Origin: Flavobacteriales bacterium
Lineage (GTDB): Bacteria; Bacteroidota; Bacteroidia; Flavobacteriales_F; PHOS-HE28
Direction: 5' to 3'
NCBI GenBank assembly: GCA_018057455.1
Contig: JAGPDT010000008.1
Coordinates: 4,494 to 68,493 of the forward strand
Length of the DNA stretch: 64,000 nt
Positions 39,956 to 49,635 of this stretch are shown here, piece after piece. Position 1 is the stretch's first letter; every line of letters begins with the position of its first letter. A program made the position numbers and the translations under genes. A model generated the notes under the pieces. That model saw only the letters and a program-made list of their open reading frames with translations. It was not told the DNA's origin and did no database searches.

Positions 39956-41799
39956 CGTTTGCGGCGTTTGCTCACGAATGGTACGTAGTCCTTTTCGGTG
40001 GCGATCAGGTCCGCGTCCAGCATGCGCTGCATCACATCGGGCCGTGTGATGGTGTCGGTGAGGTACTGCTCCATGCACAGGCTGGCGATGGGCGCGGCCC
40101 AGGTGCCGCCGAAGCCGGAGTTCTCCACGTACACGGCGATGGCGATCTTGGGGTCGTCCATGGGGGCAAAGGCGATGAACACCGCATGGTCCTTGCCGTG
40201 GGGGTTCTGGGCCGTGCCGGTCTTGCCGCACACGGTGATGCCCGGGATGCGCGCTGCGCGGGCCGTGCCGCCCGGCTCGTTCACCACGCGGCGCATGCCT
40301 TCCACGATCGGCGGGAACCATTTGTCGTCCACCATGGTGTGGTGCCGCCGGACGTTCTTGTTCAGGCTGTCGGGCGACCCGATGGCGCGCACCAGGTGGG
40401 GGTCGAAGAAGTAGCCGCGGTTGGCGAAGATGGCCGCCATGTTGGCCATTTGCACCGGGGCCACCAGCACTTCGCCCTGGCCGATGCTCAGTGAGTAGAT
40501 GGTGCTGAAGGCCCACGCCTTCTCGCCGTAAACGCGGTTGAAGAAGTTCACCCCCGGGATGCTGCCGCCCTTCACCGCGGGCAGGTCCAGGTTGGGCGGG
40601 TGGCCCAGCCCGAAGCTTTCCATGGCTGGTTTCCATTCGGCCAGGCCCAGGGCGGCATCCTCGAAACGGTTGGGTGAGGCGCCCTGTTCAACCAATCGTT
40701 TGAACACCTGGTAGAAATAGGGGTTGCAGGAGAACTGTACGGCTTGCTCAACGCTTGCCGCATTGGGGTGGTTGTGGCAGCCTACCAGGGACTTGGTGCA
40801 CGGGAAGCCGGTGTTCAGGTTGATCACGCCCTCCTGGAGGGCGATGGCGGCCTGGGCCAATTTGAAGATGGAGCCCGGCGGGTACTGCGCCTGCAGGGCC
40901 CTGTCGAAGAGGGGCCGGAGGGAATCCTTCTGCAGCATCCGGTAGTTGGTGTTGCGCACGCGGCCCACCAGCAGCTCCGGGTCATAGGTGGGCGAGCTCA
41001 CCAAGGCCAACACCTCACCGGTCCTGGGGTCCAGGGCCACGATGCTTCCCTTTTTGTTGCGCATCAACCGCTCGCCCAATTCCTGCATCTTCAGGTCAAT
41101 GCTGGTGTAGAGGTTCTTGCCGGCGTGGGCCAAGGTGTCATACTGCCCGCCCTTGAAGGCGCCTTGCACGTTGTTGTGCACGTCCACCACCACGTATTTC
41201 ACGCCGCGTTTGCCGCGGAGGTCCTTCTCGTAGAAGCTTTCCAGCCCGCCCACGCCGATCACGTCGCCGGGTTTGTAGTAGGGGTCTGCTTCCACTTTGC
41301 GCGCGCTCACCTCGCTGAGGTAGCCCAGCATGTGCGCGCCCACATGCGGGGGATAGGTGCGCAGGGTGCGGCTTTGGGCGAAGAATCCCGGGAATTTGTA
41401 CAGGTGCACCGAGATGGCGGCATATTGCCCGGCGGTGATCTGCCGCTCGAATTCGCTGGGTTTCCAGATGGAATAGTCCTTGGCCTTGTTGAGGCGTTCG
41501 CGCACCTGGTCCATGGGAACGTTGAGCAGGTCGGCCAGGCCCAGGGTGTCGAGGTTCTTCACCTCGCGGGGCACCACCAGGATGTCGTACACGGGGGTGT
41601 TGGCCACGAGCAGTTCGCCGTGCCGGTCCAGGATGAGCCCGCGCGAGGGGTACACGGTGACCTTGCGTTCGCTGATGTCGGCGGCGCGGGCCTCCCAGCT
41701 GTCGTCCACCACCTGGATCCAGAACAGGCGCAGGATGAACACCACGCAGATGAAGACCACGGCGGCGATCAGCACGTACTTGCGGTCGTCGAATTTCAT
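39952..41799 (-). CDS. mrdA: Penicillin-binding protein 2
   Basis: PSRGLILDR, PPGSIFK (SxxK), SCN (SxN), GKTGT (KTG); mre operon position. Confidence 0.95.
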   Translation of the reverse strand: MKFDDRKYVLIAAVVFICVVFILRLFWIQVVDDSWEARAADISERKVTVYPSRGLILDRHGELLVANTPVYDILVVPREVKNLDTLGLADLLNVPMDQVRERLNKAKDYSIWKPSEFERQITAGQYAAISVHLYKFPGFFAQSRTLRTYPPHVGAHMLGYLSEVSARKVEADPYYKPGDVIGVGGLESFYEKDLRGKRGVKYVVVDVHNNVQGAFKGGQYDTLAHAGKNLYTSIDLKMQELGERLMRNKKGSIVALDPRTGEVLALVSSPTYDPELLVGRVRNTNYRMLQKDSLRPLFDRALQAQYPPGSIFKLAQAAIALQEGVINLNTGFPCTKSLVGCHNHPNAASVEQAVQFSCNPYFYQVFKRLVEQGASPNRFEDAALGLAEWKPAMESFGLGHPPNLDLPAVKGGSIPGVNFFNRVYGEKAWAFSTIYSLSIGQGEVLVAPVQMANMAAIFANRGYFFDPHLVRAIGSPDSLNKNVRRHHTMVDDKWFPPIVEGMRRVVNEPGGTARAARIPGITVCGKTGTAQNPHGKDHAVFIAFAPMDDPKIAIAVYVENSGFGGTWAAPIASLCMEQYLTDTITRPDVMQRMLDADLIATEKDYVPFVSKRRKR

Positions 41800-42317
41800 C
41801 GGGAAACGGCCTCGCGTGAGGTGATCGCCTGGGTGAGCAGGCAGAGCAGCAAGGTGGCTGCGGCGCTCACGGCCGCCCGAAGCAAGGTGCTGAAGAAATG
41901 GTCGAACCGGTATACTTCGATGAAGAAGAGCCAGAGGTGGTGCAGCAGCACCAGCGTGCCGGCGTAGGTCATGTACCAGTTCAGGCCCATGTGGTGCACG
42001 GTGGGCCGCTTGATGGGGTCGTAGCCGTCACGCGGGGCCAGGATGCGCAACATCCACAGGCGCGCATACGCCATCAGCGTGCAGGCGCTGGCGTGCATGC
42101 CGGGCGTGCTGGTGAAGAAGTCCATGGCCATGCCCGTGGCGAAACCGGCCAAGAGGGTGGCCCACGGAGGCGTGTCAAAGGGCAATGCGATCAGGAAGAG
42201 CACGTAGAGATACGGGACCACCCATCCGTTGGCCAGGTCCAGGTGGTCCAATACCAAGGCCTGCAACAGCACCAGCACGAGGAAGGAGAGGATCTGGTGG
42301 AGGATGGTGTTGGTCAT
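41796..42317 (-). CDS. mreD: Rod shape-determining protein MreD
   Basis: Hydrophobic 173 aa; PYLYVLF, DFFTSTPGMHA; lies between mreC and mrdA. Confidence 0.88.
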   Translation of the reverse strand: MTNTILHQILSFLVLVLLQALVLDHLDLANGWVVPYLYVLFLIALPFDTPPWATLLAGFATGMAMDFFTSTPGMHASACTLMAYARLWMLRILAPRDGYDPIKRPTVHHMGLNWYMTYAGTLVLLHHLWLFFIEVYRFDHFFSTLLRAAVSAAATLLLCLLTQAITSREAVSR

Positions 42318-43141
42318 GGACGAACGGCCTTGGTCTCCAGCGTATCGCGCTCGGCTTTCAGCAGGTCAATGATCACGTGGACATAGGCGGTGCGGCCGAG
42401 GTCCTCGCCGAGGTGCAGTTTGATGTCGTGGAAGTTGCTCCCCGGGTCTTCGTTCACCGCTGCAACAGTGCCCACGGGAATGCCCGGTGGGAAGATGCCG
42501 TCGTTGCCTCGGGTCACCACGGTGTCGCCCACTTGCACCGGTACGTGGTTGGCCACGTCGGTCATGGAGGCCGTCGAGGGGGTGCCGGTGTCCCAGGCGA
42601 GCAGGCCATAGTGGCCGGTGCGCTTGAGCTGAATGCTGGTGCGGTATTCGTTGCCCAGGATGCTGGTGACCAGGGCGAAGTGGGGGCTCACGTCACGCAC
42701 GATCCCCACCAGTCCGTTCATGCCGATCACGCCCATGTCCGGAGCGATCCCGGCCAGGGAACCGCTGCTCAGGGTGATGTAGTTGCGTTCCTTGTGGACG
42801 GTGCCGTTGATCACCTGCGCGGTGATGAAGGCATAGGTCTGCAACCGCAGGGTGTCCTGCACCACCTGCACGGTGTCCTTGCGCAAAGGCGTTTGGTACC
42901 GGGCATCCCGGGCCTGGGCCAAGGCCACGGCCAGCTGGTGGTTCACCTTGCGCAGGCTGGCATACCCGGCCACCTCGCTGCGCCAGGCGAAGAGCTGCCC
43001 CACCACGGCATTGCTGCTGCTGATGGCCTGGGCCCGCTGGTGCATGTTGCCGTTCACGAGCAGGGCCATGGACAGCGCCATCAGGGCCAGGAAGAGCATG
43101 TTGTTCCGGTGCCGGAAGAGGAAGCGGAAGAGGTCGCGCAT
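42314..43141 (-). CDS. mreC: Rod shape-determining protein MreC
   Basis: N-terminal TM and coiled coil; NYITL..GS..GI..DMGVI, VGDTVVT, IFPPGIPVG. Confidence 0.92.
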   Translation of the reverse strand: MRDLFRFLFRHRNNMLFLALMALSMALLVNGNMHQRAQAISSSNAVVGQLFAWRSEVAGYASLRKVNHQLAVALAQARDARYQTPLRKDTVQVVQDTLRLQTYAFITAQVINGTVHKERNYITLSSGSLAGIAPDMGVIGMNGLVGIVRDVSPHFALVTSILGNEYRTSIQLKRTGHYGLLAWDTGTPSTASMTDVANHVPVQVGDTVVTRGNDGIFPPGIPVGTVAAVNEDPGSNFHDIKLHLGEDLGRTAYVHVIIDLLKAERDTLETKAVRP

Positions 43142-43195
43142 GGTCTTGGCTCTTCACCGCGTGTGGCCGGAGCAGGCACGGCGGTTCATCCGGTC

Positions 43196-44224
43196 CTACT
43201 CGCGCATGAGGAACTGGAAACGGTCGATGTTGCGCAAGGCGATGCCGGTGCCCCGTGCCACGGCGCGCAACGGGTCTTCGCTGACGTGCACGGGCAGCTT
43301 GGTCTTGATGCTGATGCGTTTGTCCAGGCCGCGCAGCAGGGCGCCGCCCCCGGCCAGGTAGATGCCTGTGCGGTAGATGTCCGCGCTGAGCTCGGGCGGT
43401 GTGCTTTCCAAGGCGCTGAGGATGGCTTCCTCGATCTTGCTGATGGATTTGTCCAGCGCCTGGGCGATCTCCGAGTAGGTCACGGTGATCTCCTTGGGGA
43501 TGCCGGTCATCAGGTCGCGTCCGCGCACGGCGTAATCCGGGGGCGGTTCATCCAATTCCACCAATGCGCTGCCCACCTCGATCTTGATCTGTTCGGCCGT
43601 GCGCTCGCCCACCAGGATGTTGTGCTGGCGGCGCATGTATTCCTCGATGTCATCGGTGAACTCATCGCCCGCCACGCGGATGTTCTTGTCGCAAACGATG
43701 CCGCCCAGGGCGATCACGGCGATCTCCGAGGTGCCGCCGCCGATGTCGATGATCATGTTGCCCATGGGCTCTTCCACGTCGATGCCGATGCCGATGGCCG
43801 CGGCCATCGGCTCGTGGATCAGGTACACCTCCTTGGCCCCGGCGTGCTCGGCGCTGTCCTTCACCGCGCGTTTTTCCACCTCGGTGATGCCGCTGGGGAT
43901 GCAGATCACCATGCGCAGGTTGGGGGTGAAGAGCTGCCGGCCCGGGTTGATCATCTTGATCATGCCCTTGATCATTTCCTCGGCGGCCTGGAAGTCGGCG
44001 ATCACGCCGTCCTTCAGCGGCCTCACCGTCTTGATGTTCTCATGGGTCTTGCCATGCATCTGCTGGGCCAGCCGGCCGATGGCGATGACCTTGCCGGTGG
44101 TGCGGTCCTTGGCCACGATGCTGGGCTCGTCCACGACCACCTTGTCGTTATGGATGATCAAGGTGTTGGCCGTGCCGAGGTCGATGGCGATCTCCTGGGT
44201 GAAAAAACTGTTGAACCAGCCCAT
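43196..44224 (-). CDS. mreB: Actin-like MreB
   Basis: IAIDLGTANT, PLKDGVIADF, EPMAAAIG, DIGGGTSE, AGGGALL. Confidence 0.98.
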   Translation of the reverse strand: MGWFNSFFTQEIAIDLGTANTLIIHNDKVVVDEPSIVAKDRTTGKVIAIGRLAQQMHGKTHENIKTVRPLKDGVIADFQAAEEMIKGMIKMINPGRQLFTPNLRMVICIPSGITEVEKRAVKDSAEHAGAKEVYLIHEPMAAAIGIGIDVEEPMGNMIIDIGGGTSEIAVIALGGIVCDKNIRVAGDEFTDDIEEYMRRQHNILVGERTAEQIKIEVGSALVELDEPPPDYAVRGRDLMTGIPKEITVTYSEIAQALDKSISKIEEAILSALESTPPELSADIYRTGIYLAGGGALLRGLDKRISIKTKLPVHVSEDPLRAVARGTGIALRNIDRFQFLMRE

Positions 44225-44234
44225 GTCGGGGTCG

Positions 44235-45779
44235 TCAGTGTTTGAAGTGTCTGTTTCCGGTGATGCACATGGCGATGCCCAGCGTGTTGCAGGCATCGAT
44301 GCTCGCTTGGTCGCGGATGCTTCCACCGGGTTGTACGATGGCCGTGATCCCGGCGTTCGCACCGATGGTAACGCAGTCCGGGAAGGGGAAGAACGCGTCG
44401 CTGGCCAGGGCGGCGCCGCGCAGGTCGAAATGGAATTTGCCCGCTTTGGCGATGGCCTGTTCCAAGGCGTCCACCCGGCTGGTCTGCCCGGTGCCGCTGC
44501 CCAGCAGTTGCCCCCCTTTGGCCAGCACGATGGCGTTGCTCTTGGTGTGCTTCACCAAGATGTTGGCGAAGACCAGGTCCTGCAGCTCTGCGGGGGTGGG
44601 GGCCTTGGTGGTGGCGGTCTGCAGGTCCTCGGCGCGCTCCAACAATTGGTCCGGCAGCTGGGAGAGGAGGCCGTTGAGTGCCGAACGGAACCGGCGGGGC
44701 GGTACGGTTGCCGGCTTTCGGCGCAGGATGATGCGGTTCTTCTTGCGGCCCAGTAGAGCCAAGGCCTCGGGTGTGTAGTCCGGTGCGCAGATGATCTCGA
44801 AGAACAACGTGTCGATGGCGGTGGCGGTGGCGGCATCCACCGTGGTGGTGGTGATCAACACCCCGCCGAAGGCGCTTACCGGGTCGCCGGCGAGGGCGGC
44901 TTCCCAAGCCTGCTGCAGGGTGGGGCGCACGGCCGCACCGCAGGCGTTGTTGTGCTTGAGGATGGCGAAGGGCACCCCGTGGAGGCGGTCCAGGTCGTCG
45001 ATCAGGTCCACGGCGGCATCCAGGTCCAAGAGGTTGTTGTAGCTGAGCTCCTTGCCGCCGAGCCGGTCGAACTGCCCGTTGAGGTCGCCCAGGAAGCTGG
45101 CCGGTTGGTGCGGGTTTTCCCCGTAGCGCAAGGGATGCACGGGTAGGTCGGCCAGGGCCGGGCGCTGGGCTGCCTCGGGGTCAAATCCGGTGAACCAGCC
45201 GTGGATGGCGCGGTCGTAGTGGGCGGTTTCCGCGAAGGCATGGGTGGCGAAGGCCTTGCGCTGGGCCAAGGTGGTGTGGCCGTCCTGTGCCGAGAGGATC
45301 CGCAGGGCCTCGGCATAGTGGCGCTGGGCCGGCACGATGAGCACGTCGCCATGGTTCTTGGCGGCGGCGCGGATCAAGGAAACGCCGCCGATGTCGATTT
45401 TTTCAATGATGTCCTCCTCGCTGCCCCCTGCGGCCACGGTGGCCTCGAACGGATACAGGTCCACGATCACCAGGTCGATCGGTGCGATCGCATGGGCCTC
45501 CATTTGTGCCACATCGTCCGGCAGGCCCCTGCGCCCCAGGATGCCCCCGAAGACCTTCGGATGCAAGGTCTTCACGCGGCCGCCCAGGATGCTCGGATAG
45601 TCGGTGATGTCTTCCACGGGCACCACCGGGACCCCCAATCCTTCAATGAAGGCACGGGTGCCGCCCGTGCTGCACAGCGTCACCTGTAAGCGGTGGAGCT
45701 CACGCACCATGGGCTCCAGTCCTGTTTTGTCAAATACGGAGATCAGCGCCCGTTCAATGCGCTTGGTGGCTTCTGCCAT
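44235..45779 (-). CDS. purH: Bifunctional AICAR transformylase / IMP cyclohydrolase
   Basis: ALISVFDK, GRVKTLHP, IDIGG, AAKNH, LRYGENPHQ, KHNNACG, SDAFFPF, QPGGS. Confidence 0.97.
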   Translation of the reverse strand: MAEATKRIERALISVFDKTGLEPMVRELHRLQVTLCSTGGTRAFIEGLGVPVVPVEDITDYPSILGGRVKTLHPKVFGGILGRRGLPDDVAQMEAHAIAPIDLVIVDLYPFEATVAAGGSEEDIIEKIDIGGVSLIRAAAKNHGDVLIVPAQRHYAEALRILSAQDGHTTLAQRKAFATHAFAETAHYDRAIHGWFTGFDPEAAQRPALADLPVHPLRYGENPHQPASFLGDLNGQFDRLGGKELSYNNLLDLDAAVDLIDDLDRLHGVPFAILKHNNACGAAVRPTLQQAWEAALAGDPVSAFGGVLITTTTVDAATATAIDTLFFEIICAPDYTPEALALLGRKKNRIILRRKPATVPPRRFRSALNGLLSQLPDQLLERAEDLQTATTKAPTPAELQDLVFANILVKHTKSNAIVLAKGGQLLGSGTGQTSRVDALEQAIAKAGKFHFDLRGAALASDAFFPFPDCVTIGANAGITAIVQPGGSIRDQASIDACNTLGIAMCITGNRHFKH

Positions 45780-45961
45780 GCCGGTTCTGGGGTTGCGCAA
45801 GTTTACCCCGCAATGGTGGAACTGGACGGGTTGGATTGCACGGCTTTTCAGCACGGTTACCAACAGGCTGCAGGCAACGAGGGCGTGTGGCGGGCTTGGG
45901 CGCCGGGCAGGGTATCGGAGCCGCTCTCCAAGTCCGGTCACCGACGGGGATCCGGTGCAAC

Positions 45962-45995
45962 TTCATGATCCCTTAACATGCAATGCTTCACTTTG
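45962..45995 (+). promoter_or_regulatory. Phased repeats (TTCAT, TTAAC) plus degenerate -7 (TCACTTTG) upstream of the response regulator
   Basis: Repeats 26 and 15 bp upstream of the -7-like element; CCTTAACATG is shared with the TBDR promoter. Confidence 0.5.
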
Positions 45996-46030
45996 CAGCG
46001 CGTACCAACAGGTATGCGCTCTCCAGAGGC

Positions 46031-46705
46031 ATGGTAAAAAAGGTATTGTTGGTGGACGATGAGGCGGACATCCTGGCGTTGTTGCGCTACAACCTGGAGC
46101 GGGAAGGCATTGCCGTTCAGGTGGCCAGCAATGGGGTGGAGGCGTTGGAAGTGGCGGGGCGCGAGCAGCCCGACCTGGTGGTGCTGGACATCATGATGCC
46201 GGGCATGGACGGGGTGGAGGTCTGCGGCCACCTGCGCCGCACCCCCGGCTTGGAGCAGGTGCTCATTGCCTTCCTTACCGCCCGCACCGAAGACTATTCG
46301 CACATCGCCGGCTATGAGGCGGGCGCCGATGACTACATCAACAAACCGGTGCGCCCCAAGGTGTTCGTTTCCAAGGTGCAGGCGCTGCTCAAGCGCGGGG
46401 GCCGGTCCGGCGGAAAGCGCCAGGTGATGGAGTCCAACGGGGTCAAGGTGGACCTGGAGCGGATCGAGGTGACCCGTGACGGCGAGGTGCTGCAGTTGCC
46501 CAAGAAGGAATTCGAACTGCTGGCCTTGCTGATGAGCAAGCCGGGCAAGGTGTTCCTGCGGGATGAGATCTATGCGCGCGTATGGGGCAACGACATCATC
46601 GTGGGCGACCGGACCATCGATGTGCACATCCGCAAGCTGCGCGAGAAGCTGGGGGATGACCGCATCGGCACGGTGAAGGGCATGGGCTACCGGTTCGAGC
46701 TCTGA
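46031..46705 (+). CDS. OmpR/PhoB-family response regulator (PhoP-like)
   Basis: VLLVDDE, DIMMPG (phospho-Asp), FLTA, DDYINKP; winged HTH KEFELL, RTIDVHIRKLREK. Confidence 0.93.
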   Translation: MVKKVLLVDDEADILALLRYNLEREGIAVQVASNGVEALEVAGREQPDLVVLDIMMPGMDGVEVCGHLRRTPGLEQVLIAFLTARTEDYSHIAGYEAGADDYINKPVRPKVFVSKVQALLKRGGRSGGKRQVMESNGVKVDLERIEVTRDGEVLQLPKKEFELLALLMSKPGKVFLRDEIYARVWGNDIIVGDRTIDVHIRKLREKLGDDRIGTVKGMGYRFEL

Positions 46706-46740
46706 CGCGGCCCGCGGACGGACGTGGTGGTTTGCGGCGG

Positions 46741-48432
46741 TCAGCGCCTGCCTACCAGCGCTTCGGTCACACGCAGGAGGTGGTCACCGGCCACCTCTCC
46801 GTCGCTCATCAATTCGGCAAGCACCAAGTTGGTGCGTGCGCTGGTCTCCGGGGCGTCGGGGTCCTGCCACCGCTCCTGCCGCGCCCGGGTGCAATGCCTC
46901 CGGATGGTGCGGTCGACCATGGCGGCTTCGTCCAGTGAGGCCTGGCTTTCCTCCGCCTCCAGGTTCTGCACCAGGATGCGCGCAGCCCGGTCCAGGAGGT
47001 CCAAGAGCTGCAGCACCGCTTCACGCTGGGCGGGATCGAACCAGAGGCGTTGGTCGGACCGGCGCTCCATGGCCTTGCTCATGCGCTGGGCGATGGCCGC
47101 CACGCGCTCCAGGTCACGCGATATGGAGTGGAAAGACCGGATGCGCCGGGCCGTGGCCTCTTCGCGCACCTCCGTGCCGATGTGCGCCAGGAAGCCGCCC
47201 AGCTCGCGTTCCGCACGCCCGAAGATCGCGGCATAGCGGGCCACGCGTTGCATGGTCACCGCACGCATTGCCGGATCGGTCTTCAGCAACAGTTCGCGCA
47301 ACATGCCCAGCATGCGCTGGTAGAGCTTGGCCAGCTTGACCACTTCCTTGTGTGCTTCCAGCAGGGATGCCTCGGGGGTCAACGGCATCATGGGGTCCTG
47401 CAGATAGGCCAGGCGGTACTGTTCATCCAGGGTATTGCCCACGGGCACCCATCGGGCCACGGTCATTTCAATCCACGGCACGAACTGGAGCAGGACCGCC
47501 CCGTTGATCACGTTGAAGCCCAAATGCCAGTAGGTGAGGGCCCATTGCAGGGCATCGGCATCGGTGCGCGGGTCTGCCCCGTGGAGCAGCCCGGTCAACA
47601 CCGATACCCCCGTGAGCAACGGCCGGAACAGCAGCAGGGCACCGCCCACGCCCACCAGCTTGATCAACAGATGGGCCCGTGCGGCGCGCTTGGCCCACAC
47701 ATTGCCGGCCAGTGCAGCGATGTTCGCCGTGAAGGTGGTGCCGATGTTCTCGCCCAGCACCAGCGCCGCCCCGGACGAGTAGCTGATGATGCCCGTTCCG
47801 CAAAGGGCCAGGGTGAGCACCAGGGCCACGCTGGAGGATTGCACGGCAAAGGCCAGCAACGCACCCAGGCCAACGAAGATCAAGGGGGAAAGCAGCCCCA
47901 GGTCCTGGAACTGCCCCAGGAAGGCCACGGCCTCGGCCGAGGGGGGGGGGACGTGCTCGCGCAGCAACCCGATGGCCAGGAAGAGCAGGGCCGTGCCCAT
48001 CAAGGCCTCACTGGCCGCTTTCAGCCGGGGGGTGCGGGCCAGCAGCAGCGGCAACGACAGGGCGGACAGGGCGAGGGCCACCCGGGAGAGGTCCAAGGAG
48101 GAGAAGCCCACGGCCGTGAACAGCAGCAGCTTCAGCGTGGTGCCGATGTTGGCGCCGATCAGCACCGGGATGGCCCGCCGCAGCGAGAGGAGGCCGGAGT
48201 TCACAAAGCTCACCACCATCACCGACACCACGGAGGAGTACTGCATCACCAAGGTGATGGAGATGCCCGTGAACACACCGCGTGAACGGCCTGCGGTCAT
48301 GGCATTGAGGCCGCTCCGCAGCCTTGGACCGGCCACCTGCTGCATGCTCCCGCTCATCAGCTTCATGCCGAAGACCAGCAGGCCCAACGCGCCCGCCAAC
48401 ATCAGCAATCCCATGGCGCCAAATTCCTGCAT
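46741..48432 (-). CDS. Na/Pi cotransporter family protein (NptA-like) with C-terminal PhoU-like domain
   Basis: Two repeats MQYSSVVS/GANIGTT and VQSSSVA/GENIGTT; helical cytoplasmic C-terminus with DLERVA. Confidence 0.88.
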   Translation of the reverse strand: MQEFGAMGLLMLAGALGLLVFGMKLMSGSMQQVAGPRLRSGLNAMTAGRSRGVFTGISITLVMQYSSVVSVMVVSFVNSGLLSLRRAIPVLIGANIGTTLKLLLFTAVGFSSLDLSRVALALSALSLPLLLARTPRLKAASEALMGTALLFLAIGLLREHVPPPSAEAVAFLGQFQDLGLLSPLIFVGLGALLAFAVQSSSVALVLTLALCGTGIISYSSGAALVLGENIGTTFTANIAALAGNVWAKRAARAHLLIKLVGVGGALLLFRPLLTGVSVLTGLLHGADPRTDADALQWALTYWHLGFNVINGAVLLQFVPWIEMTVARWVPVGNTLDEQYRLAYLQDPMMPLTPEASLLEAHKEVVKLAKLYQRMLGMLRELLLKTDPAMRAVTMQRVARYAAIFGRAERELGGFLAHIGTEVREEATARRIRSFHSISRDLERVAAIAQRMSKAMERRSDQRLWFDPAQREAVLQLLDLLDRAARILVQNLEAEESQASLDEAAMVDRTIRRHCTRARQERWQDPDAPETSARTNLVLAELMSDGEVAGDHLLRVTEALVGRR

Positions 48433-48448
48433 GCCGCGTGGAAAGGGC

Positions 48449-48482
48449 GAAATGTACCTTGCCCATGTTGCCGCAACGTTAA
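48449..48482 (-). promoter_or_regulatory. Phased repeats (TTAAC, GCAAC) plus degenerate -7 (TACATTTC) upstream of the Na/Pi cotransporter
   Basis: Repeats 26 and 15 bp upstream of the -7-like element. Confidence 0.5.
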
Positions 48483-48555
48483 GTCTTCGGCCCTGCGCCG
48501 GTATCCATGGCCGCAACGGGCAGCGCGTGGAGGCCCGCGGCTACTTTCGCAGCGC

Positions 48556-49569
48556 ATGACACTCCGTTCGCCGCGCGCGATCGCCCTGTTGGTGGCCCTG
48601 TGCACGGCCTTGGTCGCCGGGGCGGTGCTCCACCTTGTTCCAGGCGGGGGTGCCGTGCAGGAAGTGGCCGTGGTCCTGGCGGTGTTCCTTACCGCGGGTG
48701 CCGGCACCTGGTGGTTGGTGGAGCGCTATGTGCAAGCCCGCGTGGAGCTGATCCACCGCACCGTGCATGAGGCGCGCGGAGGGCGTGTGGACGGTGCGAA
48801 ACGACCGGTGGGGTTGCAGGAGGTGGATGCCGAAGTGGCCGCCTGGGCGGGGGAGAAGGGCAAGGAACTCGTGGACCTGCGCGAACGCGAGCGCTTCCGC
48901 CGGGAGTTCATCGGCAACCTGGCCCATGAGCTGCGCACACCGGCCTTCAGTATTCAAGGCTACATCCTCACCCTGCTGGAAGGCGGATTGGAAGACCCCA
49001 AGGTGAACCGCATCTTCCTGCAGCGGGCCAGCGACGGCACGGACCGCATGATCCGCATCATCGAGGACCTGGACGTGATCTCCAACCTGGAAAGCGGCGT
49101 GATCGCGGTGAAGGCCGGGCGGATGGAACTGAAGGCCCTGGTGGACGAAATGATCGACGGCCTCCGCACCCGGGCCGCCGCACGTGCCATCCGGTTGCAC
49201 GATGGGATCCAGGATGAGGTCTGGGTGCTCGCCGATCACGACCGGTTGGCGCAGGTGTTCCAGAATTTGCTGGGCAATGCCGTCCACTACGGCCGGGAAG
49301 GCGGGAATTGCACGGTGCAGGTCTTTGATATTGGAAAGGAAGTATTGGTGGAAGTGGCCGATGACGGCCCGGGCATCGCCGCAGAGCACCTGCCCCGCCT
49401 GTTCGAGCGCTTCTACCGCGTGGGCCAGAGCCGGGCGCGCAACGAGGGCGGCTCCGGGCTGGGCTTGGCGATCGTGAAGCACCTTGTGGAGGCCCATGGC
49501 GGCACCATTGCCGTGAAGAGCACCGAAGGCGAGGGCACGGCGTTTTCCTTCACGTTGCCCAAAGCATGA
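48556..49569 (+). CDS. Sensor histidine kinase (PhoR-like)
   Basis: Two TM helices; RREFIGNLAHELRTP; QVFQNLLGNAVHY; DDGPGI; FERFYRV; GSGLGLAIVKH. Confidence 0.93.
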   Translation: MTLRSPRAIALLVALCTALVAGAVLHLVPGGGAVQEVAVVLAVFLTAGAGTWWLVERYVQARVELIHRTVHEARGGRVDGAKRPVGLQEVDAEVAAWAGEKGKELVDLRERERFRREFIGNLAHELRTPAFSIQGYILTLLEGGLEDPKVNRIFLQRASDGTDRMIRIIEDLDVISNLESGVIAVKAGRMELKALVDEMIDGLRTRAAARAIRLHDGIQDEVWVLADHDRLAQVFQNLLGNAVHYGREGGNCTVQVFDIGKEVLVEVADDGPGIAAEHLPRLFERFYRVGQSRARNEGGSGLGLAIVKHLVEAHGGTIAVKSTEGEGTAFSFTLPKA

Positions 49570-49581
49570 ACCCGGGGTGGG

Positions 49582-49613
49582 AAACAAGAAAGGGCCGCCC
49601 GGAGGCAGCCCTT
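49582..49613 (-). terminator. Intrinsic terminator of the lipoprotein gene (convergent with the kinase)
   Basis: Minus strand AAGGGCTGCC-TCCG-GGCGGCCCTT followed by TCTTGTTT. Confidence 0.75.
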
Positions 49614-49635
49614 GGACGCAATTGCCCGACCCGGG

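Noticed and set aside
45780-45960. ZMP/ZTP (pfl) riboswitch upstream of purH
   Set aside because: The conserved GACTGGCG and GCCYGGGC pseudoknot segments are absent
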